Sequence record: PP430345
Reading direction: 5' to 3' (one strand)
Length of the DNA stretch: 64,000 bases
DNA from: Escherichia phage vB_EcoM-LTH01
Shown: positions 17,322 through 27,120 of the stretch, in pieces
Position numbering within the stretch: position 1 is the first letter of the stretch
How the letters are laid out: every line of letters begins with the position of its first letter
Position numbers and translations under genes: made by a program
Notes under the pieces: model-generated
What the model was told of the DNA's origin: nothing
The model's input: only the letters and a program-made list of their open reading frames with translations
Database searches by the model: none

Positions 17322-18278
17322 TTATCTTATCAACTCCCCTCGTGTTTCTGCAAGACCTAATTCGGTTACCCAGTCGCCTGTTTCGTAACCGCCCCTGTGT
17401 GTCAACTCAATGACTTTGTAAAAACCCTTAATGTATCGAGTGTTCAGGTATACTGTAGACTCAGGAAGGATCGCACCATTAAGGAGTGTAGTCACTGTCA
17501 AACCAACGTCCTCCTTTACATTCTTCTCCTTCTTCTTTGAAGTCTCTTTTGTATCTTTTTTCTTTTTCTTCTTCGAGATGTTTGGTTGCTTTAACGTTGG
17601 AGTGCCAACCATCCCGCCTTCCTCGGAGATCTCGAACATCACATTTGCAAACCTGGAGCCTTCTTTTGTCCAATAAACAGCACCATCCTGTATGGAAAAG
17701 GTAGATCCAGTATTTTTTGCAAGGTTTTCTAAGTTCTGTGCCGCATTACCAGTAAATGCCATAGAACTCTGCAATGTGTCAGCACTAAAAGGAACAACAC
17801 GCCCTTTGGGTAGCTTAAGATCAGAGATAAGGTCATTAAGAACCTGATTCACAGGCGTTCCCTTTCGGTAAGATCGGGAGGTTGTGGCGGTAGTCAAGTT
17901 TAGCGTTCCATCACCAAAAATAAACTTAGTCTCTCGTGTTTCCTCTGAGAAAGTATCCTCTACAAACTCGATTGTTCCAGAAAAGATAAGTTTTTCGTCA
18001 CCATTGTACCCCGCTTTTAAAAGGACAGCGAGGGATTCTCTTTGGTTTATACTGAGGTAGTTAACAACGTCATCGGAAAGGTTAAATACACTTACGTATC
18101 CCTTGTTAGGTTCCTTTGAGTTGTCTTTCTTTAACTGAAAGGTAATATGAAGATCCTTGATCTCATATGCTTCACCTTGGTTACTGTTACTGGCGTAGCG
18201 CTCAATGTTGACGGGCTTTTCACCAATATAAACAGGTCTTCCGATAACTAAAGTATATGTCCTTTCCAATGCCTTCAT
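17322..18278 (-). CDS. baseplate hub protein (gpD-like position, 318 aa)
   Basis: Call is by position. Contains an unusual Lys-rich insert NISKKKKKKDTKETSKKKEKNVKED. Confidence 0.45.
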   Translation of the reverse strand: MKALERTYTLVIGRPVYIGEKPVNIERYASNSNQGEAYEIKDLHITFQLKKDNSKEPNKGYVSVFNLSDDVVNYLSINQRESLAVLLKAGYNGDEKLIFSGTIEFVEDTFSEETRETKFIFGDGTLNLTTATTSRSYRKGTPVNQVLNDLISDLKLPKGRVVPFSADTLQSSMAFTGNAAQNLENLAKNTGSTFSIQDGAVYWTKEGSRFANVMFEISEEGGMVGTPTLKQPNISKKKKKKDTKETSKKKEKNVKEDVGLTVTTLLNGAILPESTVYLNTRYIKGFYKVIELTHRGGYETGDWVTELGLAETRGELIR

Positions 18279-18646
18279 TAATTAATCGCCTCCACATCTT
18301 CCTCTCTGGATGCATAAATCATCTGGACACCAGAAAGAGGTCCAACATTATAACGACCCACACGAGTAGCAATATCTCGCAATGGGAATAAATACAGGTT
18401 ACCATCGGGAACATTATCCAAATAACGATAAGGTCCGATAATATCACTATAGCAAGTCAATTTGGTAGTTATCGTAGGAGAAACACCGATATCACCTAAA
18501 GAGAATAACCAAGACTCATCCCTTTCATTCCATGTAAAACGAACCTCGTAAGTTACGGAGTCGAGGACCACACGGAATGTTTCGTCAGGGTATCCAGTCA
18601 ATTCAAAATCGAATGTTCTCACATATTTCTTGTTAAGATCAATCAT
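18278..18646 (-). CDS. tail/baseplate protein (122 aa)
   Basis: Sits in the baseplate operon with overlapping start/stop on both sides. Confidence 0.45.
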   Translation of the reverse strand: MIDLNKKYVRTFDFELTGYPDETFRVVLDSVTYEVRFTWNERDESWLFSLGDIGVSPTITTKLTCYSDIIGPYRYLDNVPDGNLYLFPLRDIATRVGRYNVGPLSGVQMIYASREEDVEAIN

Positions 18647-18648
18647 TA

Positions 18649-19524
18649 TTACCTCTTCAAAGATGCTGGATCAAATTCATATTTCTTACCTGCCTCTCCA
18701 GAGAAATCTGTCGTTCCTGTAAGTGCGTTTTCGATTCGCTCTTTTGCAGCAGCATTCTTTCCGAGATACGGTGTTTTACGCTTACCTTGAGCGTTGTCGC
18801 TAACAGAACCATTCTCTGCGGTCTGTTTAGTGCCAGAGTTTACATTCTTAGCTTTCTTAGGATCAGCAGTAGTTCTTGCTAAAACTGTTTTAGAAATATC
18901 ACGGAAACGGAACTCTTCTAGGGTCAAACTAACAGCAATGCTACCTCCCTGACCATTGTCACGAGTAACAGAGAAGTTTGTGATCACATAGTTCGTCAGG
19001 ATATCATCTTCTGTTACCAAGGTAACAAGTTGATGACCATCACCAATTTGCTTAAGGATCTCTACAGCTTTTGCTGGACGCTTGGATTGTAACGGGTTAT
19101 TTTTGTCTGTATCGAAATCAATATAGTTTCTCTCGTTTATAATTAAAGGAGAGTCAGTGATGACTGCCGAAAAACTAAATTTACCATCTTGAGTTACAAC
19201 ATGATCAGATGCTTTAGCTTTTGACTCTACAGCATAGCTGGTCTTGTTATAATCCTTTGTGTAGGTGTGGGTAGTAACAACGTCAAACAGGATAGCAATA
19301 TCGTCTGTTTGGTTCTTGTCGTAAAGAAGTGGTGCTCTACCTGTATTTATACCAGAAGCGAAGAGTGTGTATTGAACATCTTCACGCAACTTGGTATTCT
19401 GTGCCGTCTGTTTTTGACGGGCCTCTTCAGCTTGACCTTGCTGATACGCCTTGTCGATAGCAGCAATCTGCTCAGGTGAATACGTACCCATTTTGTAAGT
19501 GCTAGGTTTTAAATCAGTAGCCAT
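18649..19524 (-). CDS. tail/baseplate protein following the tape measure (291 aa)
   Basis: Occupies the position of the DNA-circulation / tail-tip protein in Mu-like modules. Confidence 0.4.
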   Translation of the reverse strand: MATDLKPSTYKMGTYSPEQIAAIDKAYQQGQAEEARQKQTAQNTKLREDVQYTLFASGINTGRAPLLYDKNQTDDIAILFDVVTTHTYTKDYNKTSYAVESKAKASDHVVTQDGKFSFSAVITDSPLIINERNYIDFDTDKNNPLQSKRPAKAVEILKQIGDGHQLVTLVTEDDILTNYVITNFSVTRDNGQGGSIAVSLTLEEFRFRDISKTVLARTTADPKKAKNVNSGTKQTAENGSVSDNAQGKRKTPYLGKNAAAKERIENALTGTTDFSGEAGKKYEFDPASLKR

Positions 19525-19542
19525 AAGTTTCCTCCTTTCAGT

Positions 19543-19551
19543 ATTTTAACA
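19543..19551 (-). promoter_or_regulatory. extended -10 element TGtTAAAAT (late cassette)
   Basis: Directly downstream of terminator 19565-19587 and upstream of SD AAAGGAGG / ATG 19524. Confidence 0.4.
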
Positions 19552-19564
19552 CGAATAAGTACAA

Positions 19565-19587
19565 TAAAAAAGGGGGCCGAAGCCCCC
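19565..19587 (-). terminator. rho-independent terminator (UUCG tetraloop)
   Basis: Minus strand reads GGGGGC-TTCG-GCCCCC followed by TTTTTTATT. Confidence 0.7.
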
Positions 19588-19592
19588 TGTAA

Positions 19593-22016
19593 TTATTGGT
19601 TACCACCCTGAGTGAGCAGGTTGATATTGAATCCGTTCTCTTCATCCACAATTGCACGGATATATTGACGAATCTCTCCACTCTTGATCTCAACGGTGAT
19701 CTTACCTTCAGGTGGTGCTGCTGGAGTTTCCAGAGGAAATCCGCTAGGGCGAATACCAGATGGAGTCGAGATAGTGTTAGGATCTACAGTTATGTCACGA
19801 GAGCCACCAAACAACTCTCTGAACACATCAGTTAACCCGACAGGTTGTGGAGTTACACCATATTGCTGCTGGAAAGCTGTTGCGTCAAGCCCTGCTCCAG
19901 CCAATCGGCTCTCTCCACTTTGGATAAAGCGGTCATTGATTTCTGACCCTGCTGAATAAAGCGTACCAAGGCCAAAAAGATTACCAAGCTTACCAAGTTG
20001 ACTGAATCTTCCAGCTACACTTGTCTTACCTGGGGTAGTTGCGCCACCAGAGGCTGTGGTGTTTGCACCAGTTGTGGTTTTTCCACCCGTAGCTAAATCT
20101 CCACCAAGGGTTCCACGAATCTCCTTAAGTGCACCTTTTAATCCTGCAATCTTAGCTAGGATATTAAACACTTTAGTTAGACCGCCGAGGAACAATCCGA
20201 TACCAAGGAGATAAGAACCCCAATCAAACACTTGACGAAGAGTATCACCTTCAACACCTATTTTCTTGAAGTAATAAGACACCACACGATCCAAAAGGAC
20301 AAGGTTATCATGTATTTCAAGAACCATGTCTGTAAATCCTTCAATTACGTTACCGAAGAATCTACCGATGGTGCTTGCAACGTTACCATTACTTGATAGG
20401 ATTGTAGCTAAGTTATTGAAAACTCTTGTCAGTTGTTCACCAAAGCCACCTTGGAATATTCTGTTTTGAAACTCTGCAAAAGTCTGAGTTAAACGCTGGT
20501 AAGCAACACGGTTACTTTCCAAAGCTTTATCCAGTGCACCACCTTTGTTAGCAGCCTCTGCATAGTATTTACCAACCAAAGGTATGATCTTGGAGGCTTT
20601 CAATTCACCATCTTCCATCAACTTCAACAATTTTGCAATGTCGATAGAGGTGTCGCCGAATGCTTCTTGAGTTGCTTTCAAGAATACCTGTAAAGAACCA
20701 GGAATTGCTTCAGCCAACTGACCCTTTAGTTCTTCAGCCATTACTTGACCTTTACCAAGGATCTGTTGAATTGCTGTAATGCCACGCTGATATCTTACAG
20801 GATCGACCTGAAGTGCGGTGGAATATTCAGAAAATGCACTAAATAATTCGTCTGTTTGAGATTTACTAATAACACCATCAGCAGAGATCGCTAACTGGGT
20901 AAATCCCTGCGATGCAGTTTTCAGATCCAAACCTAAACGGTATGCTTCGTCACGAACAAACTTAACACGCTGACCAGCTTCTTCTGCCGAATCAGAGATC
21001 AACAGAGATGTTGCATTGATTCCTTCGAAGAATTGACCTTGACGAGTTATTGATGCACCTGCTGAGAAAACTCCATATGCGGCAGTAGCACTTACCAAGC
21101 TGGAACGAACATCTTTAAGTGTGGAAGAGAAAGATCCAGCACTTGACTGTGCAGCACGGAATTGTCTTTCTAGCGCCTGTATGCTTTGACGATACTGCCC
21201 AGATGATAACGTACCAGCACGAAATTGTCTATTAAGATCTTCAATCCCACGACCTTCCGAGTCACGACCCAAAGCACCTGCATAACCACGACCATATCGA
21301 GAGGATAGACGAATACGTTGTTGTGCTGTAACATCATCAATACGGGCAGCAGCACGAGCAGCGCGGACACGTTCACGTTCCTGTTCTTGAGTTTGTTGCT
21401 TCTGCATTCTCTCTTTGATACGAGAACTACGTTGCATCGCTCTGTTTTGTGCAGCAATTAAATCAGGGTTGAATCGGCTATTAGGATCTCCAACAATACC
21501 TGACCCTGGCTCTCTGTTACCGCGAGATAATAATTGATTTGCAGCTTCCACACGTTGGATGTTGAAAGGCGGTAAAGGTGTCGCTGTACGGTTTGCAGAT
21601 CTTGCAGCAGCACGGGCAGCTTTCTCCTGTTCCTGATAGAACTTTCTCATCTCAGCAGAACCAGGGGATGCAGCCGTCAGGCTTTTAACCTGTTGTCGTA
21701 TTCTTGCAGCAGAAACCTTCTGAATTGCCTCTTTTGCCTTGGCTTCTTTCTTTGCCAGAGCAATACGATAATCAGTGGCCTTCTTCTCCTCACGCTTCCG
21801 AGTTTCTTCCAGACGTTTACTGACTAGTCTCATTTCACGAGCGGATTGTTTATAAGCCTCAGCAGGAGAATTCTTTCCGGCAGCGGTAGCCTCTGTTGAA
21901 GCCTTTTTCCATTCGTTGGAGAGTTTTCGGATCTCCTCACGAGCTTTTCGATAGGAACCTTTGTCAGTTTCAAATATGACTCGGTTCTTTGTTGTTGCAA
22001 TTACTTCAACAGCCAT
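19593..22016 (-). CDS. tail tape measure protein (807 aa)
   Basis: Large Ala/Gln/Arg-rich helical protein lying between the chaperone pair and the baseplate genes. Hydrophobic segment LLGIGLFLGGL. Confidence 0.8.
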   Translation of the reverse strand: MAVEVIATTKNRVIFETDKGSYRKAREEIRKLSNEWKKASTEATAAGKNSPAEAYKQSAREMRLVSKRLEETRKREEKKATDYRIALAKKEAKAKEAIQKVSAARIRQQVKSLTAASPGSAEMRKFYQEQEKAARAAARSANRTATPLPPFNIQRVEAANQLLSRGNREPGSGIVGDPNSRFNPDLIAAQNRAMQRSSRIKERMQKQQTQEQERERVRAARAAARIDDVTAQQRIRLSSRYGRGYAGALGRDSEGRGIEDLNRQFRAGTLSSGQYRQSIQALERQFRAAQSSAGSFSSTLKDVRSSLVSATAAYGVFSAGASITRQGQFFEGINATSLLISDSAEEAGQRVKFVRDEAYRLGLDLKTASQGFTQLAISADGVISKSQTDELFSAFSEYSTALQVDPVRYQRGITAIQQILGKGQVMAEELKGQLAEAIPGSLQVFLKATQEAFGDTSIDIAKLLKLMEDGELKASKIIPLVGKYYAEAANKGGALDKALESNRVAYQRLTQTFAEFQNRIFQGGFGEQLTRVFNNLATILSSNGNVASTIGRFFGNVIEGFTDMVLEIHDNLVLLDRVVSYYFKKIGVEGDTLRQVFDWGSYLLGIGLFLGGLTKVFNILAKIAGLKGALKEIRGTLGGDLATGGKTTTGANTTASGGATTPGKTSVAGRFSQLGKLGNLFGLGTLYSAGSEINDRFIQSGESRLAGAGLDATAFQQQYGVTPQPVGLTDVFRELFGGSRDITVDPNTISTPSGIRPSGFPLETPAAPPEGKITVEIKSGEIRQYIRAIVDEENGFNINLLTQGGNQ

Positions 22017-22029
22017 TTCGACTCCTCAT

Positions 22030-22065
22030 AATAAAAATAAAGGCCAGAGTCTTTCGACTCCAGCC
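22030..22065 (-). terminator. hairpin plus U-run between chaperone and tape measure genes
   Basis: Minus strand reads GGCTGGAGTC-GAAA-GACTCTGGCC (two internal mismatches) followed by TTTATTTTTATT. Confidence 0.5.
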
Positions 22066-22073
22066 CTATTTAT

Positions 22074-22810
22074 TTACTTTCTCCGTTTTAACTGGGCCTC
22101 TTGTTGTTCCATTCGCTGGCGTTCGTATTCCTTCTCTTTCTCTTGAACACCTTCCAAATATTCTTGAATATCTATATATTCATTTTTCTTAAGAAGGTCT
22201 TCCATGTCCCCACTTTCAATAGAAAGTTCATTAACTCCCTTGAATTTCTCCATGACACGGAAATAAAGATAGTCATACCATTTCAGACTGGAGTTTTTCC
22301 TACAATACTCCAAGGCCCTTTCCACCGTACTCAGCGGCCTCAGGCTTCCGTCTGATCCAGTTGGTCCACCTTGCGAACCAGACCGAACTTCTGAAGGAGA
22401 TTTTCGATTGTCCCGAAACCGCTCTTGCCGAAAAAACAGCCGTAGTTCACCTGTATGATTTCAGCAAGTAACTTGAACAAATCTTCTACGTGACCATCAA
22501 ACACTTCATCGATATCAATCGGGCCGCCCATGTTGTCTACTTCAACGCCTTCCAGTAAAAGGTTGATAATTTCCAGACCACCTTCATCGATACGATCCAG
22601 AATATAAAGAATTGCGGTTGGGACAGCATCTTGAAAATCTTGTCCACCGGAAATAGCAGAGCCTGCCATTGTACCCAAAGGAACAGCTACCAGCTTGCCA
22701 ATTTTAGGCATATTACGGATAACTTGAGTAGGCGACCAATGATAAATCGTGAATCGCTTACCGCCGCAGAGAGTGATCTCTGTAGTCTTTTTAAATTTAA
22801 AACCTTGCAC
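22074..22810 (-). CDS. tail assembly chaperone, -1 frameshift fusion product (gpGT-like)
   Basis: The -1 frame is open without stops from the slippery heptamer (22436-22430) through track ORF 22074..22325. The coordinate phases (1 vs 2 mod 3) fit a -1 shift. Confidence 0.6.
22340..22810 (-). CDS. tail assembly chaperone, short product (156 aa)
   Basis: GTG start. Located between the tube and tape measure genes. Carries the slippery site near its 3' end. Confidence 0.7.
   Translation of the reverse strand: MQGFKFKKTTEITLCGGKRFTIYHWSPTQVIRNMPKIGKLVAVPLGTMAGSAISGGQDFQDAVPTAILYILDRIDEGGLEIINLLLEGVEVDNMGGPIDIDEVFDGHVEDLFKLLAEIIQVNYGCFFGKSGFGTIENLLQKFGLVRKVDQLDQTEA
22430..22436 (-). promoter_or_regulatory. 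programmed -1 ribosomal frameshift slippery heptamer T_TTT_TTC
   Basis: Minus strand tgT TTT TTC ggc is in the zero frame of ORF 22340..22810 (..GCFFGK..). This is a classical X_XXY_YYZ site. Confidence 0.6.
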
Positions 22811-22889
22811 GTTTACACTCCTGTGTCCACTTTGTTAATATAAATATGTCCATAGCGTGAGAAGGGCCTCATCCTTGAGGCTCACGTAA

Positions 22890-23372
22890 TTATTGATCCA
22901 GTCCGAGTATTCCACCGATACCAGCAGCAACGCCTTGAATCTGATCAGCGCTCAACTGTGCATCGACTACGCCAATTTCCCAGTCCATCTGACCTACTTC
23001 AGAACCGTAGGTCAGGTCTGGTTGACGTTGAATCCATCCGAAGGTGTTCAGAGATAGACCCTGAGAACCTTCAATCTGAATCGGGAAGTAAACAAGTCCG
23101 GTAAGACGGGCTTGCAACTGCCATTGAGAGAGATAACCGTTCCATACAGAGGTATTCTGCAAAGAGATGGTCACTACGCCGGAGTTATCACGGACGATAG
23201 CAGAACTCACTTCACCATCTACACCCGACAGCGGAGTAATGTTATCATTGTTACGAGAAACAACGACTTTCGTATCAGCGGCGAATCCAGAAACACGTTG
23301 ACCACCGATAAAGATCAGGACTTTGGCTGGGTCATACGCCTGGAGACTAATTAACTTAGGATTCAGTGCCAT
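22890..23372 (-). CDS. tail tube protein (160 aa)
   Basis: Lies 3 nt downstream of the sheath gene. Size and beta-rich sequence are typical of myovirus tube proteins. Confidence 0.8.
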   Translation of the reverse strand: MALNPKLISLQAYDPAKVLIFIGGQRVSGFAADTKVVVSRNNDNITPLSGVDGEVSSAIVRDNSGVVTISLQNTSVWNGYLSQWQLQARLTGLVYFPIQIEGSQGLSLNTFGWIQRQPDLTYGSEVGQMDWEIGVVDAQLSADQIQGVAAGIGGILGLDQ

Positions 23373-23375
23373 CTA

Positions 23376-24791
23376 TTACACCCCTACAGAAGAAGTAGTG
23401 AAAGAAGTCTGAGTGCTTTGGGTCGTAGTTTGAGGACGATCCAGAACAACAGCAGCGCGAATTTTAACGTAGTGCAGGGAGTTGTTGTAAACTACTTCAA
23501 CTTTAACATCACGCAGGATACGGTTAGCCAAGTCGTTGCTTGGAATTTCAGCACGACGAGGAATAGTAATGATTGGATCGTAGCTCACACGGTTCACTGT
23601 ATCATAACCAGTCAGAATACCACCGTTACGAATACCGATGTTGATTGGATTATTGAACAGGATAGAACGCAGAACCGGAAGATCTTCATCACTCATCTTC
23701 ATGGACTGGCCTTGATCAGAACGACGCTTCATGTATCCGAATACAGATTCTTCCATGCGGAATTTCAGCCAATGGGAGAAACGAATAACGTCAACATACT
23801 GACCGCTGGAGGTACGACCTTCGATGTAGCTGTTAGTGCCGTACATTGCACGATAGATGTTTGCGTTACGTCCCCAAGCGTTGCTACGCTGAGTTTCGGA
23901 GATGGTAGAAGGCTTCATGCCAGGCATTGTCTTCAGGTGAATAGAGTCACCGTAAGAAGGATCGTTGGCAGCCATTGCACCGATAACAGAACCTTCGGTG
24001 AATTCTACATCCGCTTCTTTGTCGTAAGTACCCAGAGAGTTGTAACCCAGAGCTTTCAGTGTATCAAACACGGAAGCGCTTTGGTTAGCTGCTGCCAGAG
24101 CATCGCTGTCACTGGAATTATATACGTGCAGTTTATAATTGGCTTGTGCAAATTCAGCCGCTGCAACGATATCTGCATCAGAACGTTGTTCGTGAGACAG
24201 GAAGTACCAGTTGTGGTTTTCAGCAAGTACCTGCGGAAGAACAGTTGCAACAGTTTCAACAGAGGTGTTTACAATCTTGTAATTACCTTCGCCTTTTCCT
24301 ACGCTGATAATTTCTGCGGATTGTACAACAACGACGACACCACCTTCAACAGTTGCAGTAACGCGACCAGCCAAATCCGCATCGTTGTTAATGCCTTCTG
24401 CCAGAGCGGTTGCGATCTGACCAGGGGTGTTTCCAACGTTAACCAAAATGGTGATTGCTTTAACAACCTTATTGATGGTAATATTTACAACAACACGTTC
24501 GGTATTGGTAGTGCCAGTAAAGTCGATTCGAGAACCCGACATAGACATACGACCAATAGCCACCAGTTGCGGAGCAAAAGAACCGCCAAATGCATTGGAT
24601 GCAAACTGATGCGCTGCGGAACCAACTGCAAATCCATCACCAACCAGACTTTCCAAAGACCCGTACAGACGGAGACGTTCAGGGAAGTTGTTGTGTACTG
24701 CTAAGAACATTGGGGTTTCAAACCCTACGGTATCAATAGGTTGAGTGCCAAGAGTTACCTCGACGTCAACTACCTTATCTTCATAAGCCAT
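23376..24791 (-). CDS. contractile tail sheath protein (471 aa)
   Basis: Size and position before the tube gene. Strong codon bias, with no TTA/CTA/TCA codons across the ~430 codons covered by the 428-codon aligned antisense ORF. Confidence 0.85.
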   Translation of the reverse strand: MAYEDKVVDVEVTLGTQPIDTVGFETPMFLAVHNNFPERLRLYGSLESLVGDGFAVGSAAHQFASNAFGGSFAPQLVAIGRMSMSGSRIDFTGTTNTERVVVNITINKVVKAITILVNVGNTPGQIATALAEGINNDADLAGRVTATVEGGVVVVVQSAEIISVGKGEGNYKIVNTSVETVATVLPQVLAENHNWYFLSHEQRSDADIVAAAEFAQANYKLHVYNSSDSDALAAANQSASVFDTLKALGYNSLGTYDKEADVEFTEGSVIGAMAANDPSYGDSIHLKTMPGMKPSTISETQRSNAWGRNANIYRAMYGTNSYIEGRTSSGQYVDVIRFSHWLKFRMEESVFGYMKRRSDQGQSMKMSDEDLPVLRSILFNNPINIGIRNGGILTGYDTVNRVSYDPIITIPRRAEIPSNDLANRILRDVKVEVVYNNSLHYVKIRAAVVLDRPQTTTQSTQTSFTTSSVGV

Positions 24792-24846
24792 GTTTATCCT
24801 CTGCTTCTAGACGATTATTGACTAGCACCGGAAGTGCCAATTGATT

Positions 24847-24862
24847 AGGGGCCGAAGCCCCT
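24847..24862 (-). terminator. hairpin with UUCG tetraloop upstream of the sheath gene
   Basis: Minus strand reads AGGGGC-TTCG-GCCCCT. Confidence 0.45.
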
Positions 24863-24902
24863 CATTTGTCACTGATAAGCGTGGGCCTATCAATAACCGG
24901 AT

Positions 24903-25562
24903 TTACTTCTCGTTTACAGTAACGATAGTATCGATGTAAGTGAAAGGAATATCCGGTTCTGGCGGGATACTAGGACCATCACCACCTGGTTTGACGTTGA
25001 TATCGATAAGGGCTTCATTTTCGATCTTGTTTCCAGAGGGATCTGAAACACTAGTGTCGATAATGATGCTTTCGATATTTTCAAACTGACCGAAGTCACT
25101 TTCAACGAATGTAACGTTAAAGGTAATCAGTACCCTTGCCCTGTTTTCGTAATATTGCTCATTAAGGGGAATTCTTAATCTTGCAATAGAAGAAGTGGAC
25201 GAGTAAGCATAAGGTGATCCGACAGGGAAGTATTTATCTCTTATCCATGCAAGGCTCAATGCCTGATGAAAACGAGTCAATGCCCAGTGAGGTTTTCCAC
25301 GATATGCGGTGAGTGTGTATGTTGCAGTGTAGTTGTGAACAGTGTGGGTGATACCATTCTCAACAATCTGATTTGTTTCCCAATCGAGAGGGCTTAAATC
25401 TGATAGGTCTACGAGGATGAATGGTCCCTCAACTTTAGGGATTGTTTCACCAGCTTCAACCACCTTGTAAGTGGTTACGTCTTTCAAGAGACGACCGATA
25501 ACCTTTGTGAGATTGCCCATAATCTCGTCGGAGTTTGTAAACTCATTAGGCAATTGATCCAT
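24903..25562 (-). CDS. neck / tail-completion protein (219 aa)
   Basis: Last gene of the head-tail joining cluster, before the sheath. Call is by position only. Confidence 0.4.
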   Translation of the reverse strand: MDQLPNEFTNSDEIMGNLTKVIGRLLKDVTTYKVVEAGETIPKVEGPFILVDLSDLSPLDWETNQIVENGITHTVHNYTATYTLTAYRGKPHWALTRFHQALSLAWIRDKYFPVGSPYAYSSTSSIARLRIPLNEQYYENRARVLITFNVTFVESDFGQFENIESIIIDTSVSDPSGNKIENEALIDINVKPGGDGPSIPPEPDIPFTYIDTIVTVNEK

Positions 25563-26002
25563 TATAATCCACCCTCTGTTCCAACAGGTACAGCGATCAG
25601 ATAGTAACGATATCTCATGTTGCCTGCACTTGGATAACGGTCAGCTTTCATTACTGTAAACCAACTGTTCTCACCAACAGAATTGGGAAGCCACAATTGA
25701 TCAGAAAGTTTATCCGTTCCTTCTTGTGCACGATACAATACAGTTTCTGAATACACAGTATAGGAGTCGTAATCTTCCTCACCTGCTGTAGTCAGTTGGT
25801 TGTTTTGATCACGAAGCGCTTTGCCTCGGATTGGTTGAATGACACACTCAACAGCCGTGAATGGTGTGTATTCAATTTCCAGACCACCGTTGTCGAATGG
25901 GTCATCCAAATCAACCTTTTTATAAGAACGTCTGCGACCTTCAACCTCGATACGAGGGATAAGCTGGTTGCGACGACTTAACAATAAATAGCCACGAGAC
26001 AT
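25562..26002 (-). CDS. head-tail connector protein (146 aa)
   Basis: Call is by position. Start and stop overlap the neighbouring genes. Confidence 0.4.
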   Translation of the reverse strand: MSRGYLLLSRRNQLIPRIEVEGRRRSYKKVDLDDPFDNGGLEIEYTPFTAVECVIQPIRGKALRDQNNQLTTAGEEDYDSYTVYSETVLYRAQEGTDKLSDQLWLPNSVGENSWFTVMKADRYPSAGNMRYRYYLIAVPVGTEGGL

Positions 26003-26011
26003 TATGCCTCC

Positions 26012-26473
26012 TTAGTCTTTCGTAAGAGGAACAATCTTAAACTTCGCTGCATCTGAAAGATCGCCGTAATGGATCATTGCATCACTGAATCCTTTATAGC
26101 TCGCCCATGCAGTGGATACTCGGTTATTGGAGAACGTACCTTGATCAATTGTAAAACGAATGCTGTCAGCGTAGTCCTTACCGATTTTCTTGAGTGCAGG
26201 GCTATATGACTTACCTTTCAGCAAATCATCATTAAGCCTTTTGAGGTTCTTGATGAGTCCACCGCGATAATGAATCGAAGTAGAAAGCATGAAGTTACGT
26301 TCAGGAAGATTGTTCCATCCTAATTCGTGAATTGCTGCAAGAGTCGCCATATTTAGACCAGAATAGTGAGCCTCATCAAAGAAGCCCACCTCAATCTCTT
26401 TTGTTTCCAATTCAGAGAGTTGGTCGAAATAGTGATCCATGACAGAAAAATCAACTGTTGATGTTTTCTTCAC
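26012..26473 (-). CDS. head-tail connector protein (153 aa)
   Basis: GTG start with GGAG SD. Call is by position. Confidence 0.4.
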   Translation of the reverse strand: MKKTSTVDFSVMDHYFDQLSELETKEIEVGFFDEAHYSGLNMATLAAIHELGWNNLPERNFMLSTSIHYRGGLIKNLKRLNDDLLKGKSYSPALKKIGKDYADSIRFTIDQGTFSNNRVSTAWASYKGFSDAMIHYGDLSDAAKFKIVPLTKD

Positions 26474-26494
26474 GGTTATTTCTCCATGAAAGTT

Positions 26495-26503
26495 ATTTTA
26501 CCA
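26495..26503 (-). promoter_or_regulatory. extended -10 element TGgTAAAAT (late cassette), with a possible -35 TTGCTT 17 nt upstream
   Basis: Lies in the 63-nt gap upstream of GTG 26473. Confidence 0.45.
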
Positions 26504-26536
26504 CAATAGATGAGCAAAAGCAACAAAGTCAAAGCT

Positions 26537-27061
26537 TTAGTTGACCATCCAAGGATTACGCTTTCTTACACCAGTTCTTGTACCCACAGCAGGGAAAATA
26601 CCTGGTTCCATGAATCCATTGAAGGAATCCCGATTTCTTTTAACTCTCGCAAATTCACCATTCCTTGTTCCACCGATAATGATCAAACCGAGGCCAGAAC
26701 CTACGGCGTTGTCTTTAAGGCACGGGTCAATATACTCAGGATGCTCAGTCAACCAGTCGAGAAAGTCTTGCCAGTTTCCAGAGTTAGACCCGTATTTCAC
26801 AGATATGGTTTCATCGCCAACTTTTTCGAATCGTTCACGAATTGAAGAAGCACCACTTGAAACTTCCTGAACAATAAGCCAACGTACACAATCAAGAACG
26901 GTATTGTAAAGAATGATGGAGAACTGATCCGGCCTGTTTTCTAGGTCGTAACAAATCTTCCATTTATTATAGAAAAACAGAATCATGCTGTCAGGCATTT
27001 CATCTTCAGTAAGTCCACCTAAAAAGTTACGGACAAGTTGTACTACTTCTTCATCAGTCAT
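26537..27061 (-). CDS. head-tail adaptor candidate (174 aa)
   Basis: The track start at GTG 27094 would cover the promoter. ATG 27061 follows GGAGGATAAC. Functional call is by position. Confidence 0.45.
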   Translation of the reverse strand: MTDEEVVQLVRNFLGGLTEDEMPDSMILFFYNKWKICYDLENRPDQFSIILYNTVLDCVRWLIVQEVSSGASSIRERFEKVGDETISVKYGSNSGNWQDFLDWLTEHPEYIDPCLKDNAVGSGLGLIIIGGTRNGEFARVKRNRDSFNGFMEPGIFPAVGTRTGVRKRNPWMVN

Positions 27062-27084
27062 GTTATCCTCCAGTGTATTAAAAC

Positions 27085-27093
27085 ATATTATCA
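27085..27093 (-). promoter_or_regulatory. extended -10 element TGaTAATAT (late cassette)
   Basis: Downstream of terminator 27121-27144 and 24 nt upstream of ATG 27061. Confidence 0.45.
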
Positions 27094-27120
27094 CAAAATA
27101 AAGAGAAAGTCATTTGTATA

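Noticed and set aside
23418-24704. 428-codon plus-strand ORF antisense to the tail sheath gene
   Set aside because: Same mechanism as above: 23418 and 23376 are both 0 mod 3, and the sheath gene lacks TTA/CTA/TCA codons across the span the ORF covers. There are no translation signals.
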